DNA of 64,000 bases, taken from assembly GCA_034003325.1 (NCBI GenBank), contig JAVEYW010000005.1:86689-150688 (forward strand). The letters are read 5' to 3'. Within the stretch, counting starts at the first letter, position 1. Every line of letters starts with the position of its first letter. The stretch comes from Desulfobacterales bacterium. GTDB lineage: Bacteria > Desulfobacterota > Desulfobacteria > Desulfobacterales > JAFDDL01. Position numbers and translations under genes: made by a program. The notes beneath the pieces were generated by a model. That model searched no databases. It had not been told where the DNA came from and worked only from the letters and a program-made list of their open reading frames with translations. Positions 42,594 through 52,303 of this stretch are shown one piece after another.

Positions 42594-43283
42594 ATGAAAA
42601 AGCTAAATAGTGTTTTTTCTGTGGTTGTATTCGTTATCACGATCTCTGTATTTCCGTTTAATATGACGTCGGCTCAGACTGGATGGTACATGGGTATGTT
42701 TGGCGGGGTTACAGTGAGTCCTGAAGTGTCTCAGGGGTATGATTATTACGATTACTATTACAATGACCGTTATGATATAGACGTTGATGAAACATGGGTT
42801 ATTGGCTTTAAATTTGGTTACACCCCACCTCGACTCAGATTTGCCTCCTTTGAGTTTGAATACAGTTACTTCAATCCTGATGTGGATGGAACTGTATGGC
42901 CCTTTGACAGTTGGGATTATGTCCAAATTGAAGGGGATACAACCTTTCATAATGTTATGTTTAATGGAATAGCGAAATTTCCGGAAGGAAAAATTCACCC
43001 TTACCTTGGCGTAGGTATCGGTTTTTCGTATATTGATACTTCGGTTTCGACCTCATCAATCGGACGTTTCGATAGTAATGATGATACTGTTTTTGCCTGG
43101 CAAATATTGGGCGGAGTCGAAATCGATTTAATCAATAACTTGTCTCTGGATATCGGCTATCGTTTTTTTGCTGCGGAATCTGATTTGGACGATGACTATT
43201 ATGATTACTACTATGAATATGACAGAAAGGATTTTGATTGGGAGACAAGCATCATAACTTTTGGTTTTAATTATAAATTTTAA
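42594..43283 (+). CDS. outer-membrane beta-barrel protein (OmpA-N/porin-family type) with two Tyr/Asp-rich inserts
   Basis: Signal peptide …NMTSA-QT. GWYMGMFGG start and terminal …ITFGFNYKF. Inserts DYYDYYYNDRYDIDVD and DDDYYDYYYEYDRKDFD. AAGGAGG lies 7 nt before the ATG at 42594. Confidence 0.75.
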   Translation: MKKLNSVFSVVVFVITISVFPFNMTSAQTGWYMGMFGGVTVSPEVSQGYDYYDYYYNDRYDIDVDETWVIGFKFGYTPPRLRFASFEFEYSYFNPDVDGTVWPFDSWDYVQIEGDTTFHNVMFNGIAKFPEGKIHPYLGVGIGFSYIDTSVSTSSIGRFDSNDDTVFAWQILGGVEIDLINNLSLDIGYRFFAAESDLDDDYYDYYYEYDRKDFDWETSIITFGFNYKF

Positions 43284-43300
43284 TTTCAAAACTGTTATTT

Positions 43301-43389
43301 AAACCCGTTACCAGAAACATGCACGCTTTTGCGTATATATTCGCCGAAGATGAAAGATGGCTGTTATGCATCCCAGCATCCGGCTTTGC
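43301..43389 (+). repeat. dispersed intergenic repeat, copy B (one GCATCCCA unit, 3' end truncated)
   Basis: AAACCCGTTACCAGAAACATGCACGCTTTTGCGTATATATTCGCCGAAGATGAAAGATGGCTGTTATGCATCCCAGCATCCGGCTTTGC aligns with copies A and C. Confidence 0.7.
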
Positions 43390-43400
43390 GCTCGGGTGCG

Positions 43401-44471
43401 TTATGTCGCTTGTGATACAAGAAAGCGAATCTGTGTAAAGCACTTTTCCATATGGGCGGCGATGTCCGTGATAGTTTCGGCATAGAGGGGTAGGGCACTC
43501 TTTTTCTCACGGAGAGCTGCAGCGATCGCTTTTCCACAACGATACCCGCTGTCGATCGCCGTGCTGATTCCCTCGCCGTTCAGGTAGATGAAATTGGCCG
43601 CTTCGCCCGTGAGCAACACCTGCTCCCGGCCCAGGTCAGGCGGTGCGAGCAGCATCTGGCACGACTCATCCCGCCACCAATCTCCCAGGCGAACCTCAAA
43701 CTGCCGAGAAAGAAAATGCTTGAACGCCACCATGGATTCTCGAAGCTTCCGCCCCTTGAACCCGCCGACGCAGAGCAATAAATAGTCGCCCTTCTGATGC
43801 ACGCAAGTCAGGGTATCGCCGACTTCCGGAAGAAAAAACACCGTGAAGGCCCCTTTTTTTAAGGACCCAAGCGATTCCAGCTTGAAGTAACTTTGTAATA
43901 CGCCAACCGATTGGGCGGCCCGTTGCTTGGCGGATTCAGGATTCAGCAGGCGACGGACAGTGGAATTCCAGCCATCGGCGCCCACGAGATACTTGCAATG
44001 ATAGGTTGCGAGTTCACCTTCTGCGGATTGTGCTACCTGAACCCGAATATGCTGCGAGGTTTTTTCAAAGCCTTTAACGTATGCCTGATCGCGGTACTCG
44101 GCCGCGGAAAGATCGAGTAGCCACTTATCGAAAAGGTTACGCCAGATGTTCACATACTTTTGGGGAAAGGACTTGCCGTCCTTGCCGATTTCCCAGAGGT
44201 AAGGCCGATACCCTTTCTCGGCATTCCATTCCCTGACGTCACCGGCTTCCATATCGGCTGGCGCGCATGTCACGGAGGCGGGTGCTTCGGCGTTGAAATA
44301 GCGCTTGAGGAGTTCCTGGGTCTGCCCGAACAAGATGCCGGAACAACACTTGTAACGGGGCAATGCTTTTTTTTCCAGAACCAGAACATCGACCCCTTCA
44401 TCTCGTAGTGCTTTGGCGCAGCTTGCCCCTGCCGGGCCGGATCCAACCACAATCACTTCTCGTTCTCTCAT
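43401..44471 (-). CDS. FAD-dependent oxidoreductase (geranylgeranyl-reductase-like family)
   Basis: VVGSGPAGASCA…LVLEKK dinucleotide-binding fold. 356 aa, GAGGAG RBS. Confidence 0.75.
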   Translation of the reverse strand: MREREVIVVGSGPAGASCAKALRDEGVDVLVLEKKALPRYKCCSGILFGQTQELLKRYFNAEAPASVTCAPADMEAGDVREWNAEKGYRPYLWEIGKDGKSFPQKYVNIWRNLFDKWLLDLSAAEYRDQAYVKGFEKTSQHIRVQVAQSAEGELATYHCKYLVGADGWNSTVRRLLNPESAKQRAAQSVGVLQSYFKLESLGSLKKGAFTVFFLPEVGDTLTCVHQKGDYLLLCVGGFKGRKLRESMVAFKHFLSRQFEVRLGDWWRDESCQMLLAPPDLGREQVLLTGEAANFIYLNGEGISTAIDSGYRCGKAIAAALREKKSALPLYAETITDIAAHMEKCFTQIRFLVSQAT

Positions 44472-44662
44472 GGGTTACTCCTCAATATGGAATGTGTATG
44501 ACATAAACGCAGCGGTCTTCCGAAATCTTGAAAACATAGTTATATATGTTATTGTGTTTTTTTCTGGCACCATCCTATTTTTATGTCAAGCAGAAAGCAA
44601 AGAAACATTGAAATTACTTTGAACGAGTTGCATTCATTTCAGAGTGTATCATAATTAAAAAA

Positions 44663-44808
44663 ATGGGCCAGATGGTCCGAGCGACCCCGCTGTTCAGAAT
44701 GGGAAAGCCTGATGGCATCGCGGAAGGCGTGTTGTTTTTTTCTTCCAGCGCCTCTGACTTCATTACCGGACAAATACTGAGTGTGAACGGCGGGCATTTG
44801 ATGTGCAC
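44663..44808 (+). pseudogene. 3' remnant of a short-chain dehydrogenase/reductase gene
   Basis: Encodes only …TPLFRMGKPDGIAEGVLFFSSSASDFITGQILSVNGGHLM, the typical last ~45 aa of an SDR. I see no Rossmann or catalytic part upstream. The frame then runs into the convergent gene. Confidence 0.5.
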
Positions 44809-45987
44809 CTATCTTAACGTTATTACGACAATTTCAGAAGAAGTTCCTACCCGCATGGGCGGGCCCCAGGTGCCGGTGCCGGAGCTGACATAGAGCTGAA
44901 AATCACCGTCCCGGTGCAGTCCGTAATCATAGCCGTTATAGATGGCTCGGGTCAGAAAATTGAACGGAAACAACTGGCCGTGATGGGCGTGGCCGGAGAG
45001 CTGAAGATCGATTCCTGTTTCCTTGGCGAGCGTCATGCGCGTGTCCGGGCGCCAGTAGGTTTTTGTTTGCTGAGAGCCACGGTCAGTATGGAATTCGGCG
45101 ATATTGGTCGGGGTGTGGTACATGAGAATGCTCGGCTTGTCGGCATCATAGCCTCCGGCCGATGATAAAAGGCGTCGGGTGTGGTTTCTGATACGGTAAT
45201 CCGGGTAACTGATGCCGAGGATTTGTAGGCCGTCCAGATCCACGACCTCGTTGTTAAGAACTCGAATATGCGTTTGCCGCAGGATGGAAAGCGGTTTTAG
45301 CAAGCCCAGGTACCCTTCATGGTTGCCGGTAACGAAATAGACGCCTTTGGATGCGGTTAGGCTGTTAAGCGCGCTGATGTCGTTTTTCAAATCGTTGCCC
45401 ATGCCGTCAAAAAGATCACCGGTAATGAGAATCAGATCCGGATGAAGGCGGTTCACCTGATCGGCCACGCGCTGCATGAACCGGGCGCTGTTGATGGCGC
45501 CGAGGTGGACATCCGAGAGTTGCACAATTTTCTTGTTTTGCCAGGCATCGGGAAGGTTCTTGATGGTGATATCGATGGGTTTGATCTCAGGGTGCTGGGC
45601 GCGCCATATGCCGTGAAGGGACACGAGGACCGCGATACTGAACCCGAAAAGGCAGAGGGCGCGCATATTCGGAACCGAGGAGAAAAAAAGCTTGCCGAGG
45701 CCGAAGACCAGCCAACACAGGCCTGCTGCCAGGAGAAGATAAATGAAAAGCCCCAGCCAGGTTGCTGACAAAATGTAGAAGATACGGGTGATGCCGCTTG
45801 GATAGAACCGCAACAGCATGGCGGCGGGCATAAAGCTGACGGACATAAAAAACATAAGCCGGGTGATGCTTTTTTGGGTGAATGGAGCCGATATCGAGAA
45901 AAATTTAATGATCGAAAGGTTCAACAGGTAATGAAAGATACAAACTACGGCTGTGAATTGTAACGCAAAGAAAAAAAATCTCATCAT
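44809..45987 (-). CDS. membrane-anchored metallophosphoesterase
   Basis: N-terminal TM helices, then LSDVHLG, ITGDLFD, GNHE and GHAHHGQ motifs. Confidence 0.85.
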   Translation of the reverse strand: MMRFFFFALQFTAVVCIFHYLLNLSIIKFFSISAPFTQKSITRLMFFMSVSFMPAAMLLRFYPSGITRIFYILSATWLGLFIYLLLAAGLCWLVFGLGKLFFSSVPNMRALCLFGFSIAVLVSLHGIWRAQHPEIKPIDITIKNLPDAWQNKKIVQLSDVHLGAINSARFMQRVADQVNRLHPDLILITGDLFDGMGNDLKNDISALNSLTASKGVYFVTGNHEGYLGLLKPLSILRQTHIRVLNNEVVDLDGLQILGISYPDYRIRNHTRRLLSSAGGYDADKPSILMYHTPTNIAEFHTDRGSQQTKTYWRPDTRMTLAKETGIDLQLSGHAHHGQLFPFNFLTRAIYNGYDYGLHRDGDFQLYVSSGTGTWGPPMRVGTSSEIVVITLR

Positions 45988-46044
45988 AAACTCTCTTTAA
46001 CCGCCGATTGCTGACAGTCGGCTTCCGAAAAATCCGGTGTAAAG

Positions 46045-49000
46045 TTACATCATTCGTTCGATCTCTCCGGCCTTTTTATCCAGGCGTTTGGGAGAAATCG
46101 GGATAACGGTTTTCAGTTCCTGGGCAAAGACCGACACCTTGAACTCTTCGAGCATCCAGAAGTATTCTTCAACGGCGGCACGCTTTTTTTCCGATGTGCC
46201 CGGCGTGAGGGATTCAAGCATTTGAGTCAGCCGGCTCCGGTAGGGCTGAACCTGATTCATGCGCAGGCGGTCCCGTTCTGGGTTTTCAACGGCACGGATC
46301 GCGCGAATGCCCAGTGCGCGAATATACCGCGGCAGATGGCGCAGCCGTTCGTTAGTATAGAGCAGAAGCAGGTTCTCCGGCGCCAGATGGGCCAACTCGG
46401 TTCTGATTTCCGTTGCGATCGGCGCCAAATGCCTTGTGGATTCGATGGCGAAAAGGCGCTCCCGAGTGTCGCAAACCGCATCGAGCACCGGCAAAAAGAC
46501 ATCCAGGCGTTCTTGCGCGATGGCGACGATCCGGGCGGAAGCTGCTGCCGCATGGGTTTCAAATGCTTCCCGTGTTCGAATGTCGCGGGAAAATAACTCG
46601 AGCGTGATGCTCTCGATGAGCTGGGCCTGAATTTTTTTTTCTCCGCCGAAGCGTGCTGCTTTGGGAATCCATGCCTTGGGCAGTGCGATCATTTTTTTTA
46701 ATAGTTTCAGATCATTTGACAGGTGCAGCGTGGTGAGCAGGTACACCCCGGACCGGTGGATTTTGGCGGCCTCGGTTTGATTGAGAAAGAGGCGAAGATG
46801 GACCTGCCGCCCCCCGGATTCATCGGGCACGAGGGCCGGGTAGGCGACCCACCGCCCGCCTTTTTTGCCCGTGAGGGCAATACGTTCCGGCAGATCATCA
46901 AAATCCCACTGCGTGATGCCTGTTTTCTCCCATTCTTTTTTGATGTCTTCAAAACCTTCCAGCGGCTTCTCCGCGAGAAAGTGATGGTTCAAAAGAGAAG
47001 GGTTCCGGCCCGCGGCAATTTCCTTTCCGTCGGGGGCTGTAATGGCGATGCGCATTTTCAGATGATCCGGCAGCAGGTCTTCGGCCCAGGCCGTGACGGG
47101 AATGTCCACGCCGAAACGCTGGTGAATGAATTCTCCCAAAGAGGAGAGAAGTCCTTCTTTTTTTTTCTCCATTTCTTGCGCGATGATATCGATGGTTTCG
47201 GAGACCGGTACCAGTTGCCTGCGGTAAATTTTCGGCAGGCTTTTAATGAGGGCACTCAATTTTTCCTTTAAAAGCCCCGGGACCAGCCACTCCAGCGTAT
47301 CCTTTGATACTGCGCCGGCGGCGGCGGCCGGAATGCGAATGGTGACCCCGTCGGTTTGACTGCCCGGTTCAAAGCGGTAATCAAAGGGAAAGGCGGTGTT
47401 TTGAAGTTGGAGCTTGTCCGGATAGCGGGCCAGCTCTTCGCGGTCGGGCGCATATCGAAGCAGATCTTCTTCTTTCATGTGAAGAAAATCATCGCCTTTT
47501 TCCCGAATCCGGCGTTCCAGCGTGCGCATATCATATACGCCGCTGATTCGGGACTTGTAGAAATGAAAGAGATCCGCTTCGCTGATGAGCAGATCGCGCC
47601 GCCGGACCTTGTGCTCAATCGTTTGAACGGTGTCGATCAGCGCCTGGTTGTGGCGCATAAAGGGCAGGGGACGGCGCACGTCGCCCGCCACCAGCGCGCT
47701 CTGAATAAAGATATCGGAGGCCTCTTCCGGGCGAATGCGGCCGTAAAGAATGTTTCTGGCCGGTTCAATGATGAGGCCGAAGAGACTCACCTGCTCGGAG
47801 GCGATCACGTTTCCGCGGCTGCGTTCCCAGTGAGGGTCGAAGTAGGTGTGCTTGCATCGGTCCTTGCCGATGGGTTCGAGCCAGGCAGGATCGATGTGGG
47901 CCGCCATGCGGGCAAAAAGGCGGCTGGTTTCTACCATCTCCGCGGCGACGATCCATTGCCGGGACTGGTTGAAGAGACCTGAGCCGGGAAAGAGCATAGC
48001 CTGCCGGTCTTTAGCGGCTTGATAGATGTTGCCTTCCTTTTTCGCGGCGATATTGGACAGAAAGCCGCTTAAAATGGCTTTATGTATTCTTTCATAGGTC
48101 TCGCTGTATTCGCGGTTGCCAGCTTTGTCCGCGGAAGCGGGCTTTTCGGCCGAGGCAAGGCGCGCCGGCAAATTCGATTCCGCCAAAATGGCTTGAAGCT
48201 GGCCGTGAATATCCCGCCATTCGCGCATTCGCTTGAAAGATAAGAAGCATGAGCTACAGAATTTCATGATCTGCCGCATTTTTTTATTTTGATTCCAGGC
48301 CGCCTGATAGGCGTTCCAGATATTGAGCAGCGTGACGAAATCCGAGGACGGGTCTTTAAACCGGGCATGGGCCCGGTCCGCTTCGGCCGCTTTTTCAGCG
48401 GGCCGTTCCCTGGGGTCCTGAATGCTTAATGCCGCGGCGATGATGCATACTTCTGGCAGGCACCCCTGGCTGACCGCCTCGATCAGCATACAGGAGAGCC
48501 TGGGATCGATGGGCATGGCGGCCATGACTTGGCCCTTTTCCGTGAGGATAAAGGGGGATGCCGCCTGTTTTTTGCCTTTTGAGGGGCCGGCCTGGGAGAT
48601 GGCGCCCAGTTCGAAAAGCAGGTTGAATCCGTCCTGAATGCTCGGGCCCGGCGGCATGTCCAGAAACGGAAACTCGGAAATATTGCCCAGATTTAAGGCG
48701 ATCATTCTTAAAATGACTTCTGCCAGATTGGCGCGAAGAATCTCCGGCCGGGTGAACCGGGGCCGCTCCAGATAATCTTCTTCCGGAAAAAGGCGAACGC
48801 AAATGCCGTTGGCGACGCGTCCGCACCGGCCCATGCGCTGATCCGCGCTGCTTTGTGAGATCGATGTGACGGGCAGGGCGGTGGTGCGCGATCTGGGGTT
48901 GTATTGGGAAATGCGGGCCAGCCCCGTGTCCACCACATATTTGATGCCGGGAATGGTGAGCGAAGTCTCTGCGATATTGGTGGCGACGATGATTTTTCGT

Positions 49001-50037
49001 CCCACCGGCGTTGCAAATACCCGATGCTGGTCCGCAGCGGAGAGGCGCGCAAACAAGGGAAGCACGGTCACGTTCCGGTAATTTCTGCCTTCAATGAGTT
49101 CGATGGTTTCCCGAATGTCCCCTTCCGTGGGCATGAAAACGAGAATATCCCCGAATCTGCTTTCCGCAATGAGCCGGTCTACCGCAAAAGCCGCTTTTTC
49201 CATATGGCTCAGTTCATCGTCGGTGGCCCCCGGCGCATAGCGGATTTCAACGGGGTACATGCGGCCCGAAACTTCGATGATCGGCGCGTTATCAAACGCG
49301 CGCGAGAATTTTTCCGTATCAATGGTGGCCGATGTAATGATCAGCTTCAGGTCCGTGCGCTTATGGAGCAGTGTTTTGAGAATGCCGAGCAGAAAATCGA
49401 TATTGAGGCTGCGCTCGTGGGCCTCGTCGATAATCAGGGTGTCATAGGTGTGCAGATCGGGATCCCCTTGAGTTTCGGCCAGCAGCATGCCGTCGGTCAT
49501 GATTTTAATGTAGGCATTCGGCCCGGTTTTGTCGGTGAAGCGAATCTTGTACCCGACCGATCGGCCGGCCGGTTCGCCGAGCTCTTCGGCAATACGCTCG
49601 GCCACCGTAATGGCCGCGATGCGCCGGGGCTGGGTGCAGCCGATCAACCCGTCGATGCCGCGGCCGGCGGCAAGACAGAATTTGGGAATCTGGGTTGTTT
49701 TTCCGGAACCGGTCTCCCCCGAGATAATCACCACGGCATGCGCGCGAATGGCGGCGATGATCTCTTCTTTTTTGGCAGTGATCGGCAGGTCGGCAAATTC
49801 GGAGATGGCGGGCCTGGCCGCGATTCGCTCGCGGCGTTTGGCCGCGGACGCATTGACGCGCCGCATGAGCTGCACCAGCCGTTGCTGAAGCGCCGGGGAG
49901 GCATCCCCTTTTCGTGCATCCTGCTTGAGGCGATTGATTTCGCGCTTAAAGCCGAGCCGATCCCGTGCGCAGGCTTTCCGAATGGTTGATTCGATGCGAC
50001 CGATGGTGCGACTGTATTCAGGAGCGGATGACGCCAT
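46045..50037 (-). CDS. hrpA: ATP-dependent RNA helicase HrpA (DEAH-box)
   Basis: 1330 aa. GETGSGKTTQ, DEAHERS, SATID, TNIAETSLT, QRMGRCGR, plus the long HrpA-type C-terminal extension. Confidence 0.95.
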   Translation of the reverse strand: MASSAPEYSRTIGRIESTIRKACARDRLGFKREINRLKQDARKGDASPALQQRLVQLMRRVNASAAKRRERIAARPAISEFADLPITAKKEEIIAAIRAHAVVIISGETGSGKTTQIPKFCLAAGRGIDGLIGCTQPRRIAAITVAERIAEELGEPAGRSVGYKIRFTDKTGPNAYIKIMTDGMLLAETQGDPDLHTYDTLIIDEAHERSLNIDFLLGILKTLLHKRTDLKLIITSATIDTEKFSRAFDNAPIIEVSGRMYPVEIRYAPGATDDELSHMEKAAFAVDRLIAESRFGDILVFMPTEGDIRETIELIEGRNYRNVTVLPLFARLSAADQHRVFATPVGRKIIVATNIAETSLTIPGIKYVVDTGLARISQYNPRSRTTALPVTSISQSSADQRMGRCGRVANGICVRLFPEEDYLERPRFTRPEILRANLAEVILRMIALNLGNISEFPFLDMPPGPSIQDGFNLLFELGAISQAGPSKGKKQAASPFILTEKGQVMAAMPIDPRLSCMLIEAVSQGCLPEVCIIAAALSIQDPRERPAEKAAEADRAHARFKDPSSDFVTLLNIWNAYQAAWNQNKKMRQIMKFCSSCFLSFKRMREWRDIHGQLQAILAESNLPARLASAEKPASADKAGNREYSETYERIHKAILSGFLSNIAAKKEGNIYQAAKDRQAMLFPGSGLFNQSRQWIVAAEMVETSRLFARMAAHIDPAWLEPIGKDRCKHTYFDPHWERSRGNVIASEQVSLFGLIIEPARNILYGRIRPEEASDIFIQSALVAGDVRRPLPFMRHNQALIDTVQTIEHKVRRRDLLISEADLFHFYKSRISGVYDMRTLERRIREKGDDFLHMKEEDLLRYAPDREELARYPDKLQLQNTAFPFDYRFEPGSQTDGVTIRIPAAAAGAVSKDTLEWLVPGLLKEKLSALIKSLPKIYRRQLVPVSETIDIIAQEMEKKKEGLLSSLGEFIHQRFGVDIPVTAWAEDLLPDHLKMRIAITAPDGKEIAAGRNPSLLNHHFLAEKPLEGFEDIKKEWEKTGITQWDFDDLPERIALTGKKGGRWVAYPALVPDESGGRQVHLRLFLNQTEAAKIHRSGVYLLTTLHLSNDLKLLKKMIALPKAWIPKAARFGGEKKIQAQLIESITLELFSRDIRTREAFETHAAAASARIVAIAQERLDVFLPVLDAVCDTRERLFAIESTRHLAPIATEIRTELAHLAPENLLLLYTNERLRHLPRYIRALGIRAIRAVENPERDRLRMNQVQPYRSRLTQMLESLTPGTSEKKRAAVEEYFWMLEEFKVSVFAQELKTVIPISPKRLDKKAGEIERMM

Positions 50038-51449
50038 TATTCCCCGGTTTTCTTTGCAATGGTTTTGGCGGGAATAAGGCCTGTGGCCGCGGCGGATACG
50101 ATATTTCCGGCCACGCCCGGACCGTCGCCCGCGACATACAGGCCCTTGACGGCAGTCTCAAGGTTGTGGTCGGTTTCAATTTGAGAGGCGAAAAACTTGA
50201 TTTCCGGCGCGTAAAGCAGGGTTTCATCGTTGGACACGCCGGGGATGACAAGGTTCAGCATGTCAAGGCCCTCAATGAGGTTGGTTAAAATTCGCTCCGG
50301 AAGGGCCATGGCGATATCCCCGCAAATCACGTTTTCAAGGGAGGGCTCGATATAGCCTTTTCGAACCCGCTGCCAGGTGCTCCGGCGGCCGCGCTTTAAA
50401 TCCCCGAAGCGCTGCAAAATGGGCTTTCCACCGCCGATCAGGGACGATAAGTACCCGATGGCTTCTCCATAAGCCTGGTTGTCCGTGACCGGCTCGGTGA
50501 GAATCACCTTGGAGAGAAAGGCGAAATTGGTATTGGCCGATTTTCGGTGCCGATACGCATGGCCGTTGACGCAGACAAAATTCTTGTAGTTTTCAAGCGC
50601 GACAAACCCGCCGTAATTGGTGCAAAAGGTGCGGGTCTGATCATCGTATTTTTGTGTCTGAATAAAGAAGGTGGGGTCGTAAATAATATTGCAGATATCG
50701 CGCATGATATCATTATGCACCTCCACCCGAACACCCACCTCGATGCCCCGGTGTTTGCGGCCGATGCCGAGTTGATCCGCAAGGCGCCGTACCCACTCGG
50801 CGCCCACGCGGCCCGGGGCCAGAATGACTCGGGGGCATTGATAGCTCGCCCGGTTCGTTCGAAGGCCGACCGTGGTATTCTTTTTGACCAGAACTGCCAG
50901 TGCCTCCTCGCCACAAGCCAGTTCAACGCCTTTTTCCTGAATATAACGGGCCATGGCCTCGATATGGCCAGGCAGGCAATCGCTGCCCATATGCTTTTGC
51001 CTGATAAGCAGCAGATCCAGGCCGTTTCGCTTGGCTGTTTTTCGAATTTCCTTGGCCGCCGCCATATCGGTTGGATACACCGGCCCGTCCATGCCGAACC
51101 GGTTGAAGATTTCCTCGGTTTCGTTGATGATGGCGCGGGCTGCGTCGGTGGAAAGAAACTGGGTGAGATCGGTTTTGCCGAGTTTGTGAATAAAATTGAG
51201 CTTTCCGTCTGAAAAAAGCCCGGCGCCGCCGATACCGCTCAGGATTTGGCAGGGGGAACAGTTGCGGCAGGGTTGTCCCTCGTTGGACGGGCATTTGCGT
51301 TTGTCCGGCATTTGGCCCTTTTCCACCAGTAACACCTTGAGATTCGTATGCTCTCCCAGCCAATAGGCGGACATCAAACCGGCCGGCCCGCCACCGACGA
51401 TGATGACATCATACGCTTTTTTCCCTGAACTTTTTGGTGGTTTCAGCAT
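50037..51449 (-). CDS. NAD(P)/FAD-dependent oxidoreductase (COG2509-type)
   Basis: YDVIIVGGGPAGL, GGAGLFSDGKL, YVAGDGPG. The stop TAA overlaps the hrpA ATG (TAATG). The ORF extends to 51524; the ATG at 51449 has AGGA upstream. Confidence 0.8.
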   Translation of the reverse strand: MLKPPKSSGKKAYDVIIVGGGPAGLMSAYWLGEHTNLKVLLVEKGQMPDKRKCPSNEGQPCRNCSPCQILSGIGGAGLFSDGKLNFIHKLGKTDLTQFLSTDAARAIINETEEIFNRFGMDGPVYPTDMAAAKEIRKTAKRNGLDLLLIRQKHMGSDCLPGHIEAMARYIQEKGVELACGEEALAVLVKKNTTVGLRTNRASYQCPRVILAPGRVGAEWVRRLADQLGIGRKHRGIEVGVRVEVHNDIMRDICNIIYDPTFFIQTQKYDDQTRTFCTNYGGFVALENYKNFVCVNGHAYRHRKSANTNFAFLSKVILTEPVTDNQAYGEAIGYLSSLIGGGKPILQRFGDLKRGRRSTWQRVRKGYIEPSLENVICGDIAMALPERILTNLIEGLDMLNLVIPGVSNDETLLYAPEIKFFASQIETDHNLETAVKGLYVAGDGPGVAGNIVSAAATGLIPAKTIAKKTGE

Positions 51450-51922
51450 CCGTTTTTTCCTCATATTCACAACGATATTTAAGCACATGGCGCCCATGTT
51501 ATCAATGACCCATGACGATGTCACCCAATATGTTTCAAAGTTTTAAGCGCAGCGAGGTATCATCGATAAACTCGATGTGAAAAGAAAGACTGGTGGCCAC
51601 CTAACGCGAGCGATGCTCGATACCCGTAAGGGCGAAAAATTTTTTGCCCCCCTACAACTGATCAAGGCCCTGATATTAAAAAATCTTTCTCGTTTTTTTG
51701 GGCGCACCCAGCCGCCCAGCGGAATGACATTTCCTCATTCTTTTATTGAAAAATTGACAATAAATTACTTGATTTCCAATAAAAATGAGGATAATAATCG
51801 TTTCCGAAATTCCGGTGTGATTAACGCAGGTCGGTTTCGTACTGCGGGCTGAACCATTTGTCAAGGTGTCTGCCCAGGAGTCGGAAACCTATTTTGTTTT
51901 GCACTTAAAAGGAGGGGGCACG

Positions 51923-52126
51923 ATGGCCAATGGTGTAGTGAAGTGGTTTAGCGATCAAAAGGGGTTTGGGTTTATTGAACAGGACGGCGGAGGACCGGAT
52001 GTATTTGTTCATCATTCCGGCATTAACGGCAGCGGGTTTAAAACATTGAATGAGGGCGACCGGGTGACATTTGACATAGAGCAGGGCCAGAAAGGACCTG
52101 CCGCCGTAAATGTCACGGTTGTTTAA
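51923..52126 (+). CDS. cold-shock protein (CspA family)
   Basis: [20 protein letters not shown]…DVFVHHS (RNP1/RNP2). AAAGGAGGG RBS. Long upstream leader. Confidence 0.95.
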   Translation: MANGVVKWFSDQKGFGFIEQDGGGPDVFVHHSGINGSGFKTLNEGDRVTFDIEQGQKGPAAVNVTVV

Positions 52127-52145
52127 CTAAAAATATTAAGCACCT

Positions 52146-52192
52146 AAAAAAAGGGGCTTGTTGCGCTTCACTTACAACAAGCCCCTTTTTTT
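52146..52192. terminator. bidirectional rho-independent terminator
   Basis: A-run, then stem GGGGCTTGTTG / CAACAAGCCCC with an 11-nt loop, then T-run. It lies between the convergent csp and lpd genes. Confidence 0.8.
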
Positions 52193-52226
52193 ATCACCTT
52201 ACCCGCGATACCCTACACCCCACACT

Positions 52227-52303
52227 CTAATCTCTATGCGCTATGCTCTACGCTCTATGCTCTAAGCCCTATGCTCCAAGCTCTATGCTCTTTGCTGTAG
52301 GCT
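52227..52303. repeat. degenerate heptamer tandem array (CTATGCT) x11
   Basis: CTAATCT CTATGCG CTATGCT CTACGCT CTATGCT CTAAGCC CTATGCT CCAAGCT CTATGCT CTTTGCT GTAGGCT. The last unit overlaps the lpd stop codon. Confidence 0.85.

Noticed and set aside
48904-49989. Long ORFs antisense to real genes. These include 48904-49989 opposite hrpA, 38575-39729 opposite the acyl-CoA synthetase, 24711-25640 opposite the DASS transporter, 16625-17332, 9483-10262 and 50547-51212.
   Set aside because: All lie fully inside, and opposite to, genes with unmistakable family motifs. Their translations are Arg/Gly/His-rich low-complexity sequences with no motifs. This is the usual shadow-ORF effect in GC-rich coding DNA.
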